From Candidatus Poseidoniaceae archaeon (lineage in GTDB: Archaea > Thermoplasmatota > Poseidoniia > Poseidoniales > Poseidoniaceae): a stretch of DNA of 64,000 nucleotides. Shown here one piece after another: positions 29,748 to 39,036 of this stretch (its first letter is position 1; each line of letters starts with the position of its first letter). The translations under genes were made by a program, and so were the position numbers. The DNA lies in NCBI GenBank assembly GCA_028822845.1, contig JAPKCS010000001.1:159964-223963 (forward strand), read 5' to 3'. The notes below the pieces were generated by a model. That model had not been told where the DNA came from, did no database searches, and worked only from the letters and a program-made list of their open reading frames with translations.

Positions 29748-30089
29748 TCAAGCCTCGTTATCAGTCGAGGAAGCAGGTTTCCAACCAAGTTTCCAGAAAT
29801 CGAGGTCATCGAGCCACTGCATCCATTCATCGTCTTCACAGCTGAGCAAACGGAACGCACGTGCTTCAAGTCCCTCACGGTTTGGCGCGCTGAGAACCCC
29901 TTCTTCCATGGCATCATGCCATTCAACCTGCATGTGGCGAATCCGCCTGCGTGCCTCTTCGGGTTGCTCGAAATTCATCTCGCATAGGTCGCGCAATTCT
30001 GAGACCCAGGACCGAGCATCTTTCAGAAGCGGATCATCAACGCGCTTCCGCTTCGATGTGTTCTTTGACGCAAACGGCCACCATCCCAT
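29748..30089 (-). CDS. Hypothetical Trp-rich acidic protein (113 aa)
   Basis: ORF with protein-like composition and the acidic Trp cluster EDDEWMQWLDDLDFWKLGW. Sits 25 nt upstream of the GST-like gene on the same strand. Confidence 0.5.
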   Translation of the reverse strand: MGWWPFASKNTSKRKRVDDPLLKDARSWVSELRDLCEMNFEQPEEARRRIRHMQVEWHDAMEEGVLSAPNREGLEARAFRLLSCEDDEWMQWLDDLDFWKLGWKPASSTDNEA

Positions 30090-30163
30090 GATTTGCTGAA
30101 GGACCGAGAACCCTTAACGCCATCTGTTGAAAGAGATATAATCCTCGGAGTGATGGGCGACTC

Positions 30164-30484
30164 ATGGATGCAGATATGTGGATGGCACTGTTAGGGTCAG
30201 CGGCCATCGAAGGCGTTATTTTGGGCGCTGTTCTTGGCTTTCTTTGGTCGATGGCAAGCAAAGTCCTGCAGTGGTTTTTGATTGGTGAGTTCGTTCTTTT
30301 GAAATGGCTTGAATCGCGCGGAATTCTCGTCGTGGACTGGGAACGTTTGTCCTTGGGTCTTGTTGAAAACGGTAACAAAGCGCTTGAAGAGGCCATTACC
30401 TTGCTCGAATCCTTTGTTGAACTCGGCACATTTGGAGCCAGCTTTGTTGCTGGCTTTTTGATTGTCAACAAACTCAAGGCTTGA
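30164..30484 (+). CDS. Small membrane protein (106 aa)
   Basis: Hydrophobic helices (ALLGSAAIEGVILGAVLGFLW; FGASFVAGFLIV). The stop overlaps the ATG/TTG of the next ORF. Confidence 0.5.
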   Translation: MDADMWMALLGSAAIEGVILGAVLGFLWSMASKVLQWFLIGEFVLLKWLESRGILVVDWERLSLGLVENGNKALEEAITLLESFVELGTFGASFVAGFLIVNKLKA

Positions 30485-30519
30485 TGCAAGTTCATCAACC
30501 AAGAGCATCAGGCAACATC

Positions 30520-30951
30520 ATGGGTCGCGTTGTCATTCATCTTCACGGTGTGACCAAACAGAAAGATCTGCGTCGTGTGCTCGAAATGTACGCAGAACGG
30601 ACTCAAAACCGAGGCGTGAAGTTGGAAGTTCACTCGAGTAAAATCTCTTCAAAAGCCTACCTCGATTTACTCTGTGGTTTGCCTGGCGAACTGTATTTGA
30701 TGGACGAGGGTGGAGTTATGGATTCATCGCTCGCCTTTGCGGAACGGTTCAAAAAGTGGTCTGTTGGTACGAAAACAGTTCATCTGGCGATTGGCCCTGC
30801 AGAGGGTTGGACTGAAAAACCAACATGCGTTTGCCAACGACTTTCGCTCTCGCCGATGACGATGCCCCACGAACTGGCGAGCGTCGTCTTATTGGAACAA
30901 GTGTACCGATGCACAGAAATTCTTCGAGGCTCAGACTACCACAACGCCTGA
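30520..30951 (+). CDS. rlmH: rRNA large-subunit pseudouridine methyltransferase RlmH (SPOUT)
   Basis: LAIGPAEGW...LSLSPMTMPHELASVVLLEQVYRCTEILRGSDYH matches the RlmH C-terminal knot region (IGGPEGL...LSLS.LTLPH.L.R..L.EQLYRA....G.PYH). ATG 30520 preferred over the track TTG at 30481. Confidence 0.8.
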   Translation: MGRVVIHLHGVTKQKDLRRVLEMYAERTQNRGVKLEVHSSKISSKAYLDLLCGLPGELYLMDEGGVMDSSLAFAERFKKWSVGTKTVHLAIGPAEGWTEKPTCVCQRLSLSPMTMPHELASVVLLEQVYRCTEILRGSDYHNA

Positions 30952-30999
30952 CAAAAGGGTCAAGAAGCATCGAAGAATCGCCCACTTTGGAGGCAAGAC

Positions 31000-31767
31000 A
31001 TGTTGTTGTTAGAACAGGAGAGCCTTCGCTGGGTTTTAGTCGGTTTCGAAGCCCTAATCGGACTTGTTTTGATCCTCGGCTCTCGTAGTCAGCCTTTCCC
31101 TCTTCCATCGAAACGGTTCGGCTCCCTGGTGCTGAGCATCGCTTTCCTCCTTGCTTTGGGCCAATTGGCACCAAGACCCGTGTCGGTGGTTGGCCACCTT
31201 GCTGTGCTCACCGCAATCGGTTCGTTCGGACTTTTAGTGGGCATTCACCACTTGATTCGAACGCGCAGAGAAGTCTTGATTGCACCCTTTTCTGGGTTCA
31301 TGTTCTGCGTGGGTGTTGGTGGCTTGATGGTCACAACTTGGAAAGATTTGAACACCATTGAACAGTGGTCGGGCTTCCTTTCTCTCGTTGTGCTTGGAGG
31401 CGGCCAGACATGGCTTGTGTTCCGAGGTTTGTTGATCGGCCGTTTGCCGTTGGCGTGGAGTCAAGCAGGCATGGTTGCCTTGCACCGTGGTTTCCTCGAC
31501 GGCCCAGACGGAGCGATTTCATGCTTTGAGAAAGGATGGGATGCAGAAGAAGAGCACCTTAATCCAATGGCGTACGTCGCTTTGCACCGTCTTAACCTGT
31601 TCATTGGCAATGATGAAAAAGCAGAGGAATGGTGGCAAGCACTCAGCGATGTGGGCGGTGAAAAAGGCGTTGCCCCAGAATGGATCGCGGCCATCCACGA
31701 TGCACTCATCCGCCTCGATTCTGAAGCTGCTTCCACTCTTCCAGCCCTGAGTGCAGAAGAGGAATGA
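31000..31767 (+). CDS. Membrane protein with soluble C-terminal helical domain (function unknown)
   Basis: 255-aa ORF with about five N-terminal TM helices, then a soluble segment (FEKGWDAEEEHLNPMAYVALHRLNLFIGNDEKAEEWWQAL). Confidence 0.6.
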   Translation: MLLLEQESLRWVLVGFEALIGLVLILGSRSQPFPLPSKRFGSLVLSIAFLLALGQLAPRPVSVVGHLAVLTAIGSFGLLVGIHHLIRTRREVLIAPFSGFMFCVGVGGLMVTTWKDLNTIEQWSGFLSLVVLGGGQTWLVFRGLLIGRLPLAWSQAGMVALHRGFLDGPDGAISCFEKGWDAEEEHLNPMAYVALHRLNLFIGNDEKAEEWWQALSDVGGEKGVAPEWIAAIHDALIRLDSEAASTLPALSAEEE

Positions 31768-31859
31768 TTCCCTTTTCCGGGTTAAAAAACGCTTTTTCCG
31801 AGAAGAATACTACGGTAAACCGCTCCTTGTGGCGAGATTACGAACAAATAAGCAAAGGA

Positions 31860-31867
31860 TTTAATAT
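31860..31867 (+). promoter_or_regulatory. TATA-box-like element (TTTAATAT) with purine-rich BRE-like flank
   Basis: Lies in the AT-rich gap upstream of the gene at 31889. Centred about 25 nt upstream of the ATG, which fits a leaderless archaeal transcript. Preceded by GCAAAGGA. Confidence 0.4.
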
Positions 31868-31888
31868 CTTAGAAGTCGATATAGTATC

Positions 31889-32170
31889 ATGGAACAAGTG
31901 GAAACCAAGCGGAACAACACGACCATGAGTGCAATGCTTTGGTATGCAATCTTCATTTGGTTTGCTTCAAGCCTCTTTTCCCAATCCCTGTACATGGCGT
32001 TCAACGGCGTACCCTATGATGCGTTAATGCTCCTCCAAGATCTGGGTCCGTTGTATTACCTCGTTGTGGGGATTGAAGTTGCAGTCTGGATCACTCTGGG
32101 TGTCCTTTTGCTTAAGAAAATAGTGCAGAAGACATGGTTTGGAAACACAACTCAACCGTCCATGGCTTAG
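31889..32170 (+). CDS. Small membrane protein (93 aa)
   Basis: Two hydrophobic helices (MLWYAIFIWFASSLF; YYLVVGIEVAVWITLGVLLL). A T5 run follows immediately after the stop. Confidence 0.55.
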   Translation: MEQVETKRNNTTMSAMLWYAIFIWFASSLFSQSLYMAFNGVPYDALMLLQDLGPLYYLVVGIEVAVWITLGVLLLKKIVQKTWFGNTTQPSMA

Positions 32171-32214
32171 TGTTCTTTTTCAAAATCCTTGTATTGCTGC
32201 TCTCACATTTCAGT

Positions 32215-32272
32215 ATCGGCGAAAATGAACACGACCTCCGAAATCTGGCAAAAATCAAACGTTTTCGCCGAT
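32215..32272. repeat. Perfect 11-bp inverted repeat ATCGGCGAAAA / TTTTCGCCGAT with 36-nt spacer
   Basis: Arms at 32215..32225 and 32262..32272 read directly from the sequence. Two further inner pairs are possible (T·G, G-C). Intergenic, between the 31889 gene and the DUF2203-like gene. Confidence 0.8.
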
Positions 32273-32304
32273 GACTTGATGGCCCGTCAAGTAAAGGAAC
32301 GCAT

Positions 32305-32790
32305 GTGAGAGATACAGGAGAGGCGCCGTTCTTTTCAGGTCGACCAATGGACACATGTTCATTACGAGATCAGGATGTAGCTCTCAGGGTTCTTCCACGA
32401 GGTGCCCGTCTTGTCACCATCGAAGAGGCACGTGAGAACCTACCAAAGGTCACGCGATGGTTGGCTGAACTTCAAGCGATGAGCGATGAAGCTCACGACC
32501 TTACCGAGGAACTTGAAGTTCTTCTCGAATCCCTCGACGCAGAAAATGAGCATGTTGTTGAGGTTGCTGAACACCTTGCTCAACTCGTCGCCCATTGGCA
32601 AAAAACAACCGCTAAGATTGAAGCAACAGGAACACGAATCGCTTGTCTTGAACCTGGGCGATTGGAGTGGTATGGCGTTGTGGATGAGCATTTGGCTTTG
32701 TATTCCTGGAGCCTTGGTGAAGAGGACATCGAGTGGTATCATCCAATCGATGCCAGCTTTATGGCCCGAAAACCCCTCATAGAGGCGTGA
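32305..32790 (+). CDS. DUF2203-like protein
   Basis: LVTIEEARENLPKVTRWLAELQAM... coiled segment, then ...GTRIACLEPGRLEWYGVVDEHLALYSWSLGEEDIEWYH. This matches my recollection of the DUF2203 pattern. GTG start, alternative ATG 32347. Confidence 0.55.
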   Translation: MRDTGEAPFFSGRPMDTCSLRDQDVALRVLPRGARLVTIEEARENLPKVTRWLAELQAMSDEAHDLTEELEVLLESLDAENEHVVEVAEHLAQLVAHWQKTTAKIEATGTRIACLEPGRLEWYGVVDEHLALYSWSLGEEDIEWYHPIDASFMARKPLIEA

Positions 32791-32813
32791 CCTGGCTCGG
32801 CTTAGGGGAGCAT

Positions 32814-33509
32814 ATGGTTCGAATCAATCGTGTTTACACTGGCGGCGGCGACGAAGGTCAAACATCACTCGTTGACGGCTCACGTCGTTCGAAAGCAGAT
32901 CTACGCTTCGAAGTCGTTGGCACATGCGATGAACTGAATTCGGTTTTCGGCTTGGTTGCCATGGAGGCAAACCGCTTGCCAAAGCACGAGGATGGCGGCG
33001 ACCGTGCGACTGTACAGCGCGTTCAAACCATCCTATCCATGGTTCTCACTCGCATTCAGAACGAACTGTTCGATCTTGGTGCTGAATTGGCGTGTGTTCC
33101 GACAGAACTGCCAGAATACATGGTCTTGATCAGTGAGCAACAAAGCGATGTTCTGGTCAGCGAGATGGACGCTTGGCTCGAGCACCTGGAGCCTCTTACA
33201 AGTTTCATTCTTCCAGCGGGTCATGGTCCAGAGGCCATGCTCCACCTGGCAAGGACGGTGGCACGTCGCCTCGAACGTTCCGTCATTCGACTCAAGGAAC
33301 ACGAAGGCGAAGGGTCGGTCCGGCCAAACGTGCAGGTGTACCTGAACCGTCTTTCTGATTGGTTGTTCGTGTTGGGCCGTTGGGTGACAGCGGGACTCGG
33401 TCACGATGAAACCTTGTGGCAACCACTTGGAAAAAGAGGACCTGAAAAAGGCGTAGCGGAACGAATTCGTCGCCTGCATGCATCGGATGAAGATTTCGAA
33501 GCACTTTGA
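32814..33509 (+). CDS. ATP:cob(I)alamin adenosyltransferase, PduO-type
   Basis: MVRINRVYTGGGDEGQTSLVDGSRRSKADLRFEVVGTCDELNS is the canonical PduO-type N-terminus. Track ORF trimmed to ATG 32814. Confidence 0.85.
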   Translation: MVRINRVYTGGGDEGQTSLVDGSRRSKADLRFEVVGTCDELNSVFGLVAMEANRLPKHEDGGDRATVQRVQTILSMVLTRIQNELFDLGAELACVPTELPEYMVLISEQQSDVLVSEMDAWLEHLEPLTSFILPAGHGPEAMLHLARTVARRLERSVIRLKEHEGEGSVRPNVQVYLNRLSDWLFVLGRWVTAGLGHDETLWQPLGKRGPEKGVAERIRRLHASDEDFEAL

Positions 33510-33947
33510 TCAGTCGAGGCCAGCGGACACCATGTGTTGGCGCGCCAATTGAAGAACACGGGTTGTTTCTTCATGAGACAATTGTTGCTCGGCCATGTCC
33601 CAATCCAACCACATGTAACCACGGTGTTCATGAGAAAGTTTGACTGTAAGTTGCTCGGTTTGAGCAAGGTACCAGTAAACCTGCTTCTCCTTTTTCTTGC
33701 CCCTGTGCCTGTAGGTGTATTCGCTCCGTTCAGCAAACCCATCGACGAAGTTGATTTTATCGATGCCGGTTTCTTCAGCCAACTCTCTTCGAGCAGTGGC
33801 ATGGTGATCATCATCGTCTTCTTCGACGTGACCCTTTGGAAAATCCCAGTGGCCCTGAGGATACTGCAACAACAAGACTGTCCCGTAGTTGACCAACACA
33901 ACGCCACAGGAAGTCTCCATAACCCTCACTGGAAGGCCGTTGCTCAA
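33510..33947 (-). CDS. Nudix hydrolase
   Basis: Nudix box GHVEEDDDDHHATARRELAEETGI (G-x5-E-x7-REUxEExGU). Confidence 0.85.
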   Translation of the reverse strand: MSNGLPVRVMETSCGVVLVNYGTVLLLQYPQGHWDFPKGHVEEDDDDHHATARRELAEETGIDKINFVDGFAERSEYTYRHRGKKKEKQVYWYLAQTEQLTVKLSHEHRGYMWLDWDMAEQQLSHEETTRVLQLARQHMVSAGLD

Positions 33948-34008
33948 GTCCTTTGTGGCGGTTGTGATTCCACAAATCTTCTTGTGGGCGTTGCCTCCCC
34001 TTCAGGTC

Positions 34009-35007
34009 ATGGGGCAGCAAGGCAACGTGCTTGAGGCGGCAGGTCTGCCGCAATTTACTTCCATCATTGCTGATTCAGACCTTGATGGATTGTGCGCTGC
34101 TGCAGTTCTAAAAGCTGCGAACCCAGATGCTACCGTTCATTTTGCACATGCTGCTTTGGTCCGTTCAGGCGCCATCGATCACTTGGTCGACCGCCAAACC
34201 GCCATGGTCGATTTACCGTTCCATCCTGATTGTGGGTGGTATTTGGACCACCACCAAACCAACCGTCCCAATGAGGCAGAAGAGGCCGTTTTTGTGGCCA
34301 ACGGGGGGACATGTCACTGGGAAGCCACACCTTCGGCAGCTCGCTTGGCTTACGATGTTCTTAGCCCCTACATCGATTTGACTCATCTTGAAGAAATCAT
34401 GCCCGTCGTGGACGCTTTAGACTCTGGGCAAATCAGTCGTGAAGCCTTCATGAAAGACGGACCAATTTTGCAACTTGCCCGTTCCCTTTCGCTTCGGGAG
34501 CCGGACCACATGCTTCGAGTTCTTGACATGCTTTCCAAAGGCCTCCGGCTTTCGGAAGTGTTGGCTGACCAAGCCATTGCTCCACATGTGAAACGGGCGA
34601 AATCTGAACGCGCAGCGGCACAACTTGTTGTTGAAGCCCATACGACCATTGTTGACCGATTGGCGATCTGCAGGATGGATGAAAAAGGAGTCCGTTCAAA
34701 CGGTTATCTCGTGACGGCTTGGGCGGGCGATAAGGCCGATGCGTGTTGCATTGTCCACGGCTATGCTGACGGGTCCATTGATACACCTGAGCGCCCTGCT
34801 TTATCTGCCAGTTTTTATGCGAATTCCTTCCTTCCAAACGGGCAGGGGAAGTACGACCTCTCTCGCCTTGCTACGGCGCTTGACCCAACAGGTGGCGGCC
34901 ATGCGAATGCGTGTGGGTGCCGGGTTCAGCCACCTGGCGTTGATGCCAACCTCGAAGTGTGGTTGGGCATGTGGATCAACCGCGACAATGCATTGGCCAT
35001 TCGTTGA
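34009..35007 (+). CDS. DHH/DHHA1-family phosphoesterase
   Basis: ADSDLDGLCAAA (DxD), YLDHHQTN (DHH) and C-terminal GGGHANACG (DHHA1 GGGH) motifs. Track ORF trimmed to ATG 34009 to remove the overlap with the Nudix gene. Confidence 0.8.
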   Translation: MGQQGNVLEAAGLPQFTSIIADSDLDGLCAAAVLKAANPDATVHFAHAALVRSGAIDHLVDRQTAMVDLPFHPDCGWYLDHHQTNRPNEAEEAVFVANGGTCHWEATPSAARLAYDVLSPYIDLTHLEEIMPVVDALDSGQISREAFMKDGPILQLARSLSLREPDHMLRVLDMLSKGLRLSEVLADQAIAPHVKRAKSERAAAQLVVEAHTTIVDRLAICRMDEKGVRSNGYLVTAWAGDKADACCIVHGYADGSIDTPERPALSASFYANSFLPNGQGKYDLSRLATALDPTGGGHANACGCRVQPPGVDANLEVWLGMWINRDNALAIR

Positions 35008-35493
35008 TTATCCGAGGACCATAAACAGGTACAGGAATCCGAGGAAAGCGTGAATAAAAACGAGAACGACAACCAAGTCGGCTGCTCGACCATGCTTCAA
35101 CACATGGTGGCTGAATTTTTCGCCATTGGTTCGCGCGATTTTCGCTTTTCGACCCATGCGTGCGAGTAAGAACAACAACGTGAAGCCCACAGGACCCATG
35201 AATCCGTGCAGACTTTGCGGCATAAGGTTCGATAAAGCATCTCCATTTGTGCGAAGGCCAACTACGGCTCGAGCCATAAAAGCCACCAAGATCACGCCAA
35301 AGGTCGCCCAGAGCAACCGCTCACCCATACGTTCGTGACGGCTGCGAGCATCCTTGCGTTCCTCACCTTTGAGTTCATGGCCTTTTTTCCGCCATGAATA
35401 TTGCCACCAAATCCAGACCAACAACGCTGACGCAAGCAGTGGGTGCAGAAGCATCACGATTGCATTCACGGGGTCCATTGAACTCGCCTTCAC
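35008..35493 (-). CDS. Four-TM membrane protein with conserved-looking histidines (DUF4079-like?)
   Basis: 161-aa ORF with four hydrophobic helices. Histidines lie at helix boundaries (LLHPLL, SRHERMG, SLHGFMG, FIHAF). The family guess is tentative. Confidence 0.55.
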   Translation of the reverse strand: MKASSMDPVNAIVMLLHPLLASALLVWIWWQYSWRKKGHELKGEERKDARSRHERMGERLLWATFGVILVAFMARAVVGLRTNGDALSNLMPQSLHGFMGPVGFTLLFLLARMGRKAKIARTNGEKFSHHVLKHGRAADLVVVLVFIHAFLGFLYLFMVLG

Positions 35494-35725
35494 ACCTTGG
35501 CAGGTTTCCTTGCTTCATGGATGTTGCTGGGCAAGTTGGCTCAATCGATGGTTCATCGAGGAGTGCACCCTGCCGGTGGGTTGAAGGAGGGTAGGTGGAG
35601 CCAACAGATGAGGGGCGAGCATTCTGCAGGAGAACTATCTGGCGAATTGCCTTGAAGCTGCGTTCAAATCGAACGCACCCAAAGTCCGTCGTCAGTCCTT
35701 TGTCGTCCGAACTCCGGATTGGCAA

Positions 35726-38700
35726 TTGTTAGAAAAACAATGGCGCCCAATCCTCCTGCTCGCCGTAGCAGAAACTGAACTGCCAGCAGCAGATGAAGAT
35801 GATCAACCCTCTCCAATGCGCCGCTCAAGCAACGCCCGCCGTACTCGAAACCGCCGAGGTGGTCGCGGCACATCAGGCCCAATGGACACCATTCCATCGG
35901 CCCAAGAGATGATTCTTCCGAGTGACTTTTCGGACGCATACCGGCTCGCTGTTTTGCTTGCACACAAACTCCTCAACAAAGATGACTGGGATTCTGAATG
36001 GGAAACCACAGAAACCTCCCTGCGGAATGCTTGCCTTGCGGATGGCGTCCACCCGGTGTGGGCCGATCTTGCCCAGCACACCCCATTGTTTGGGCAATTT
36101 GCTGCTTTCCCAGTCGCTAAACCAAAGAAAACCGCTTCGAAAAAGAAGGTCAACAGTTCCGCTGGGGCCATCGATCCAATGAACACCAACGACCTAGCAG
36201 AGGCTTTGGAGGCTCTTTCCGGAGCCGTTGATACGGCAGAAGCACAAGTGGCCATGCGAACTGTTGGCTCACAGTTGTCCTCTGGAAGGTCATTGAATCC
36301 CGCTCCTTTGCTGTTTGAACTCGAAGGTCCTGCTTCGATTATCTCTGCCCTCTTGTCGATCGCCGCTGGTCTTGATCCTGAACCATCCCTTTCGAAGGTT
36401 GAAAAAGTCGATGCGGATTTAGCAGCGGCCCTCACCGACCTTGTGCAGTTGCGCAACGGGCAAGTGGCCGATTGGAAGGCCAGTGCAAACGCTTCAGGCG
36501 ATCATTCTCTTGCCCGCTCCCGCCGCTTCCTCGCATGGCACCACCCACCGGAATCAACGGCGGCCCTGAAAGCCAAAGTCCTGACAGAAGGTATGGAACT
36601 TTTGCGAGAAGGCAAAGCACCTACACAAGCCATTGAGCGTGTGATGTGGTGGCGCCTGGCTGCCCTTCACCGTGAAGGAAGCACCGAAGAGACCGTTCAG
36701 ACCCTTACCGCTTTGAAACTCGACGCTCATGCGGAACTCTCCCACCTCCTCCCCTTGATTTCAGACTTGAACAACGAAGATGTTCAAGCCTGGTTAAACG
36801 GTCAAATTCCGCATCTCGATGACGGTGCGTTGGTCGATATCATTTCCTCAGAAGGCCTCGATACGGACCTTCAAGCGTGGGCAGCGAAGCACCTCAGCGA
36901 AGAAAATGGAGAAGCATGGGAAAGCGTGCTCCCAATTGTCATCGACATCTACACCCGTTCGATGAACCTCCGAAGATTGTCGGAAATCATCGTCAAGAAC
37001 GACCTCACACCAATGTCCCACCCATACGAGACGTTGCTTGCAGCACATCTGCTTGCAGCCGGTAAGGACAACGACCTTTGGCACGCAGTTCGAGCGGCTC
37101 GTGAAAAGGCACTCGACTCCATTCACAGCACCGATGCCCCACCTGCGTTCTCCTCGACAAGTGAAGCGTTGTTGATGCTTTTCGAAGGTGAAAACGTCGA
37201 TGATGAACGCATCGGTACCCTGCTGGATAAGAGCGGACTTCTCGCCTTCGGTGTCATCCGCCGTGCTCTCCGTGAAGGTGGCTCAGGTGTTGTCGAAACC
37301 AAGGAACTCACTTCGTTAGAAGAGAGCATTGCCGAGGCAGAACTTTCCCACATGGAACGAAACTTGTTCGCTGCTGTGATCGACACCCTTCGCCTCAACC
37401 GCGTCGCTTTGATGCTTCAACACGGCACTTCGAACGGCGACATTGTGGAGGGCGTGAACACCCTTTTGAGCAACGAAAACATTCCAACCGCAATGATCCA
37501 TTCCGTCCGTCACTTGGTGCTGGAACACGACTTAGGCCTCCCTTCGATGGTTCGCTGGTACCAAACCAATGACCCATTGTCACCATGGCACACCCTCGCA
37601 AGAGCCTCGGTGTCTGCTTCGGACAAAGATGAACTGAACGCAGCACGGGATTATCGCCGAGCTGGCGATCATGAAGGATTTGACTATGAACACAAAATCG
37701 TTCTCTATCGAAAGTCCCTCATCCACCTTGCATTTGCTGAGCAGTGGAAAGAAGCGGTTGAACTCCTTGATGCGCAGCCAGCTTTGCGCAGTGCCCTCAC
37801 AAAGCGGTTCCAACTCTACCTGCGAGTCTCGCACATGTCAACCAAAGACACGAACGCAGCAACCCGTTTGCTGAAGGATTTCGTCCGCTCCACAAAGATG
37901 GTCCCTCAAGAAAACGAGGAAGGCGAAATGGTTGATGTGGAAGTCACTTACTTTGCTGAAGACGACCTTGACATGCTCAAAACCTACCCGTTGGAACATT
38001 CCCGTGTGCTTCCAGCAGATCCGTTCAGTGGTCGAGTAACTGCGGCGGTGAACTCCCTCCAGAAGAACCGTCGTCGACAACGCAATGCCTTCGACACCCG
38101 CTTTACGCAATTGATGCAAGGCCCTTCTCCTTCGCTCAAAGATCTCTATGAATTGGCAAGCGAGGCAGCCCAAGAAAAGCCAGTTGAAGGATTGATGTTC
38201 CTCGAGCGAGCACAAAACAAAGGTCAATTCAGTGTACGTGAAATTAAGCGAATCGCTGTAGCCGAGCAAGGTTTGTTCTCGACCTTTAGAGAAAATATCC
38301 CAAACGCCTCACGACGTTACCTCCGCAACCTTTCGCTTTCCCCGCTTGTCCTTGTCGACACCAACGTGCTGGTCGACGCACTGATGGATGCCATCAAGCA
38401 ACGCTTGGAAGTGTTCACTGAAGCCAGCCTCGACATCGCAGGGCACGGTCACTTCCACCATGTGCTGTTGAAGCGCGCTCAAGAAGGAAAGATCGAACTT
38501 TGGCTCCCTAAGATTGTCAAGCAAGAACTGTCTGGTATCGCCAGCGATCTTGGTTTCCTTCGTTCTCGATTCAACGACCTTTTGGTTCCACCATCAATGC
38601 TTGACACTGTGTTCTGCAAGGAAGTCATCGGTGAACTCGTCGATCAGGTGCTCCAAGATTACAACACGTGGCGCCCAATGGATCTTCAAATTGAAGAAGA

Positions 38701-39028
38701 AGCAGACGATGAAGCAAACAAGGAACTTGTGGTCGACTTCTTGAGAGAGTACACCGAAATTTATGAAGAAATCACCGCTATGAAGCGAACCCGTGGAGAG
38801 CCAGCTCGAACGGTTGTTGATGGCTTGGATGTCTATCCTGAGGCACCGGATCGAACCCTCATGCGAATTGCGCTGCATCTTGCTCAGCAAACTCTTGGAA
38901 ACCTCGGAACAGTCCTTGTTGCAACTCGAGACAGCGACTTCACGCTTGTCTCACGAGCCTTCGAAGAACGGTTTGGATTCGGCGTGGCTAAGAACAGCCG
39001 TGCTCTGAACAGTTTCCTGCACGGATGA
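35726..39028 (+). CDS. Large (about 1100 aa) all-helical protein with C-terminal PIN-domain nuclease
   Basis: The C-terminal ~200 aa carry PIN acidic motifs: LVLVDTNVLVDAL, LPKIVKQELSGI and VLVATRDSDF. The remainder is helix-rich without recognisable NTPase motifs. The start is uncertain: TTG 35726 or ATG 35816. Confidence 0.75.
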   Translation: MLEKQWRPILLLAVAETELPAADEDDQPSPMRRSSNARRTRNRRGGRGTSGPMDTIPSAQEMILPSDFSDAYRLAVLLAHKLLNKDDWDSEWETTETSLRNACLADGVHPVWADLAQHTPLFGQFAAFPVAKPKKTASKKKVNSSAGAIDPMNTNDLAEALEALSGAVDTAEAQVAMRTVGSQLSSGRSLNPAPLLFELEGPASIISALLSIAAGLDPEPSLSKVEKVDADLAAALTDLVQLRNGQVADWKASANASGDHSLARSRRFLAWHHPPESTAALKAKVLTEGMELLREGKAPTQAIERVMWWRLAALHREGSTEETVQTLTALKLDAHAELSHLLPLISDLNNEDVQAWLNGQIPHLDDGALVDIISSEGLDTDLQAWAAKHLSEENGEAWESVLPIVIDIYTRSMNLRRLSEIIVKNDLTPMSHPYETLLAAHLLAAGKDNDLWHAVRAAREKALDSIHSTDAPPAFSSTSEALLMLFEGENVDDERIGTLLDKSGLLAFGVIRRALREGGSGVVETKELTSLEESIAEAELSHMERNLFAAVIDTLRLNRVALMLQHGTSNGDIVEGVNTLLSNENIPTAMIHSVRHLVLEHDLGLPSMVRWYQTNDPLSPWHTLARASVSASDKDELNAARDYRRAGDHEGFDYEHKIVLYRKSLIHLAFAEQWKEAVELLDAQPALRSALTKRFQLYLRVSHMSTKDTNAATRLLKDFVRSTKMVPQENEEGEMVDVEVTYFAEDDLDMLKTYPLEHSRVLPADPFSGRVTAAVNSLQKNRRRQRNAFDTRFTQLMQGPSPSLKDLYELASEAAQEKPVEGLMFLERAQNKGQFSVREIKRIAVAEQGLFSTFRENIPNASRRYLRNLSLSPLVLVDTNVLVDALMDAIKQRLEVFTEASLDIAGHGHFHHVLLKRAQEGKIELWLPKIVKQELSGIASDLGFLRSRFNDLLVPPSMLDTVFCKEVIGELVDQVLQDYNTWRPMDLQIEEEADDEANKELVVDFLREYTEIYEEITAMKRTRGEPARTVVDGLDVYPEAPDRTLMRIALHLAQQTLGNLGTVLVATRDSDFTLVSRAFEERFGFGVAKNSRALNSFLHG

Positions 39029-39036
39029 GTTTTTGC

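Noticed and set aside
29723-29926. N-terminal 68-codon extension of the GST-like ORF (track 29030..29926)
   Set aside because: It overlaps the 3' part of the upstream 113-aa ORF in another frame and has no glutaredoxin-like features. ATG 29722 sits just before the CPFC motif region.
35803-36456. 217-aa minus-strand ORF within the 5' part of the PIN-protein gene
   Set aside because: It is an antisense, Ser/Ala/Arg-rich low-complexity ORF. The plus-strand ORF continues uninterrupted for 3.3 kb and is the more parsimonious gene.
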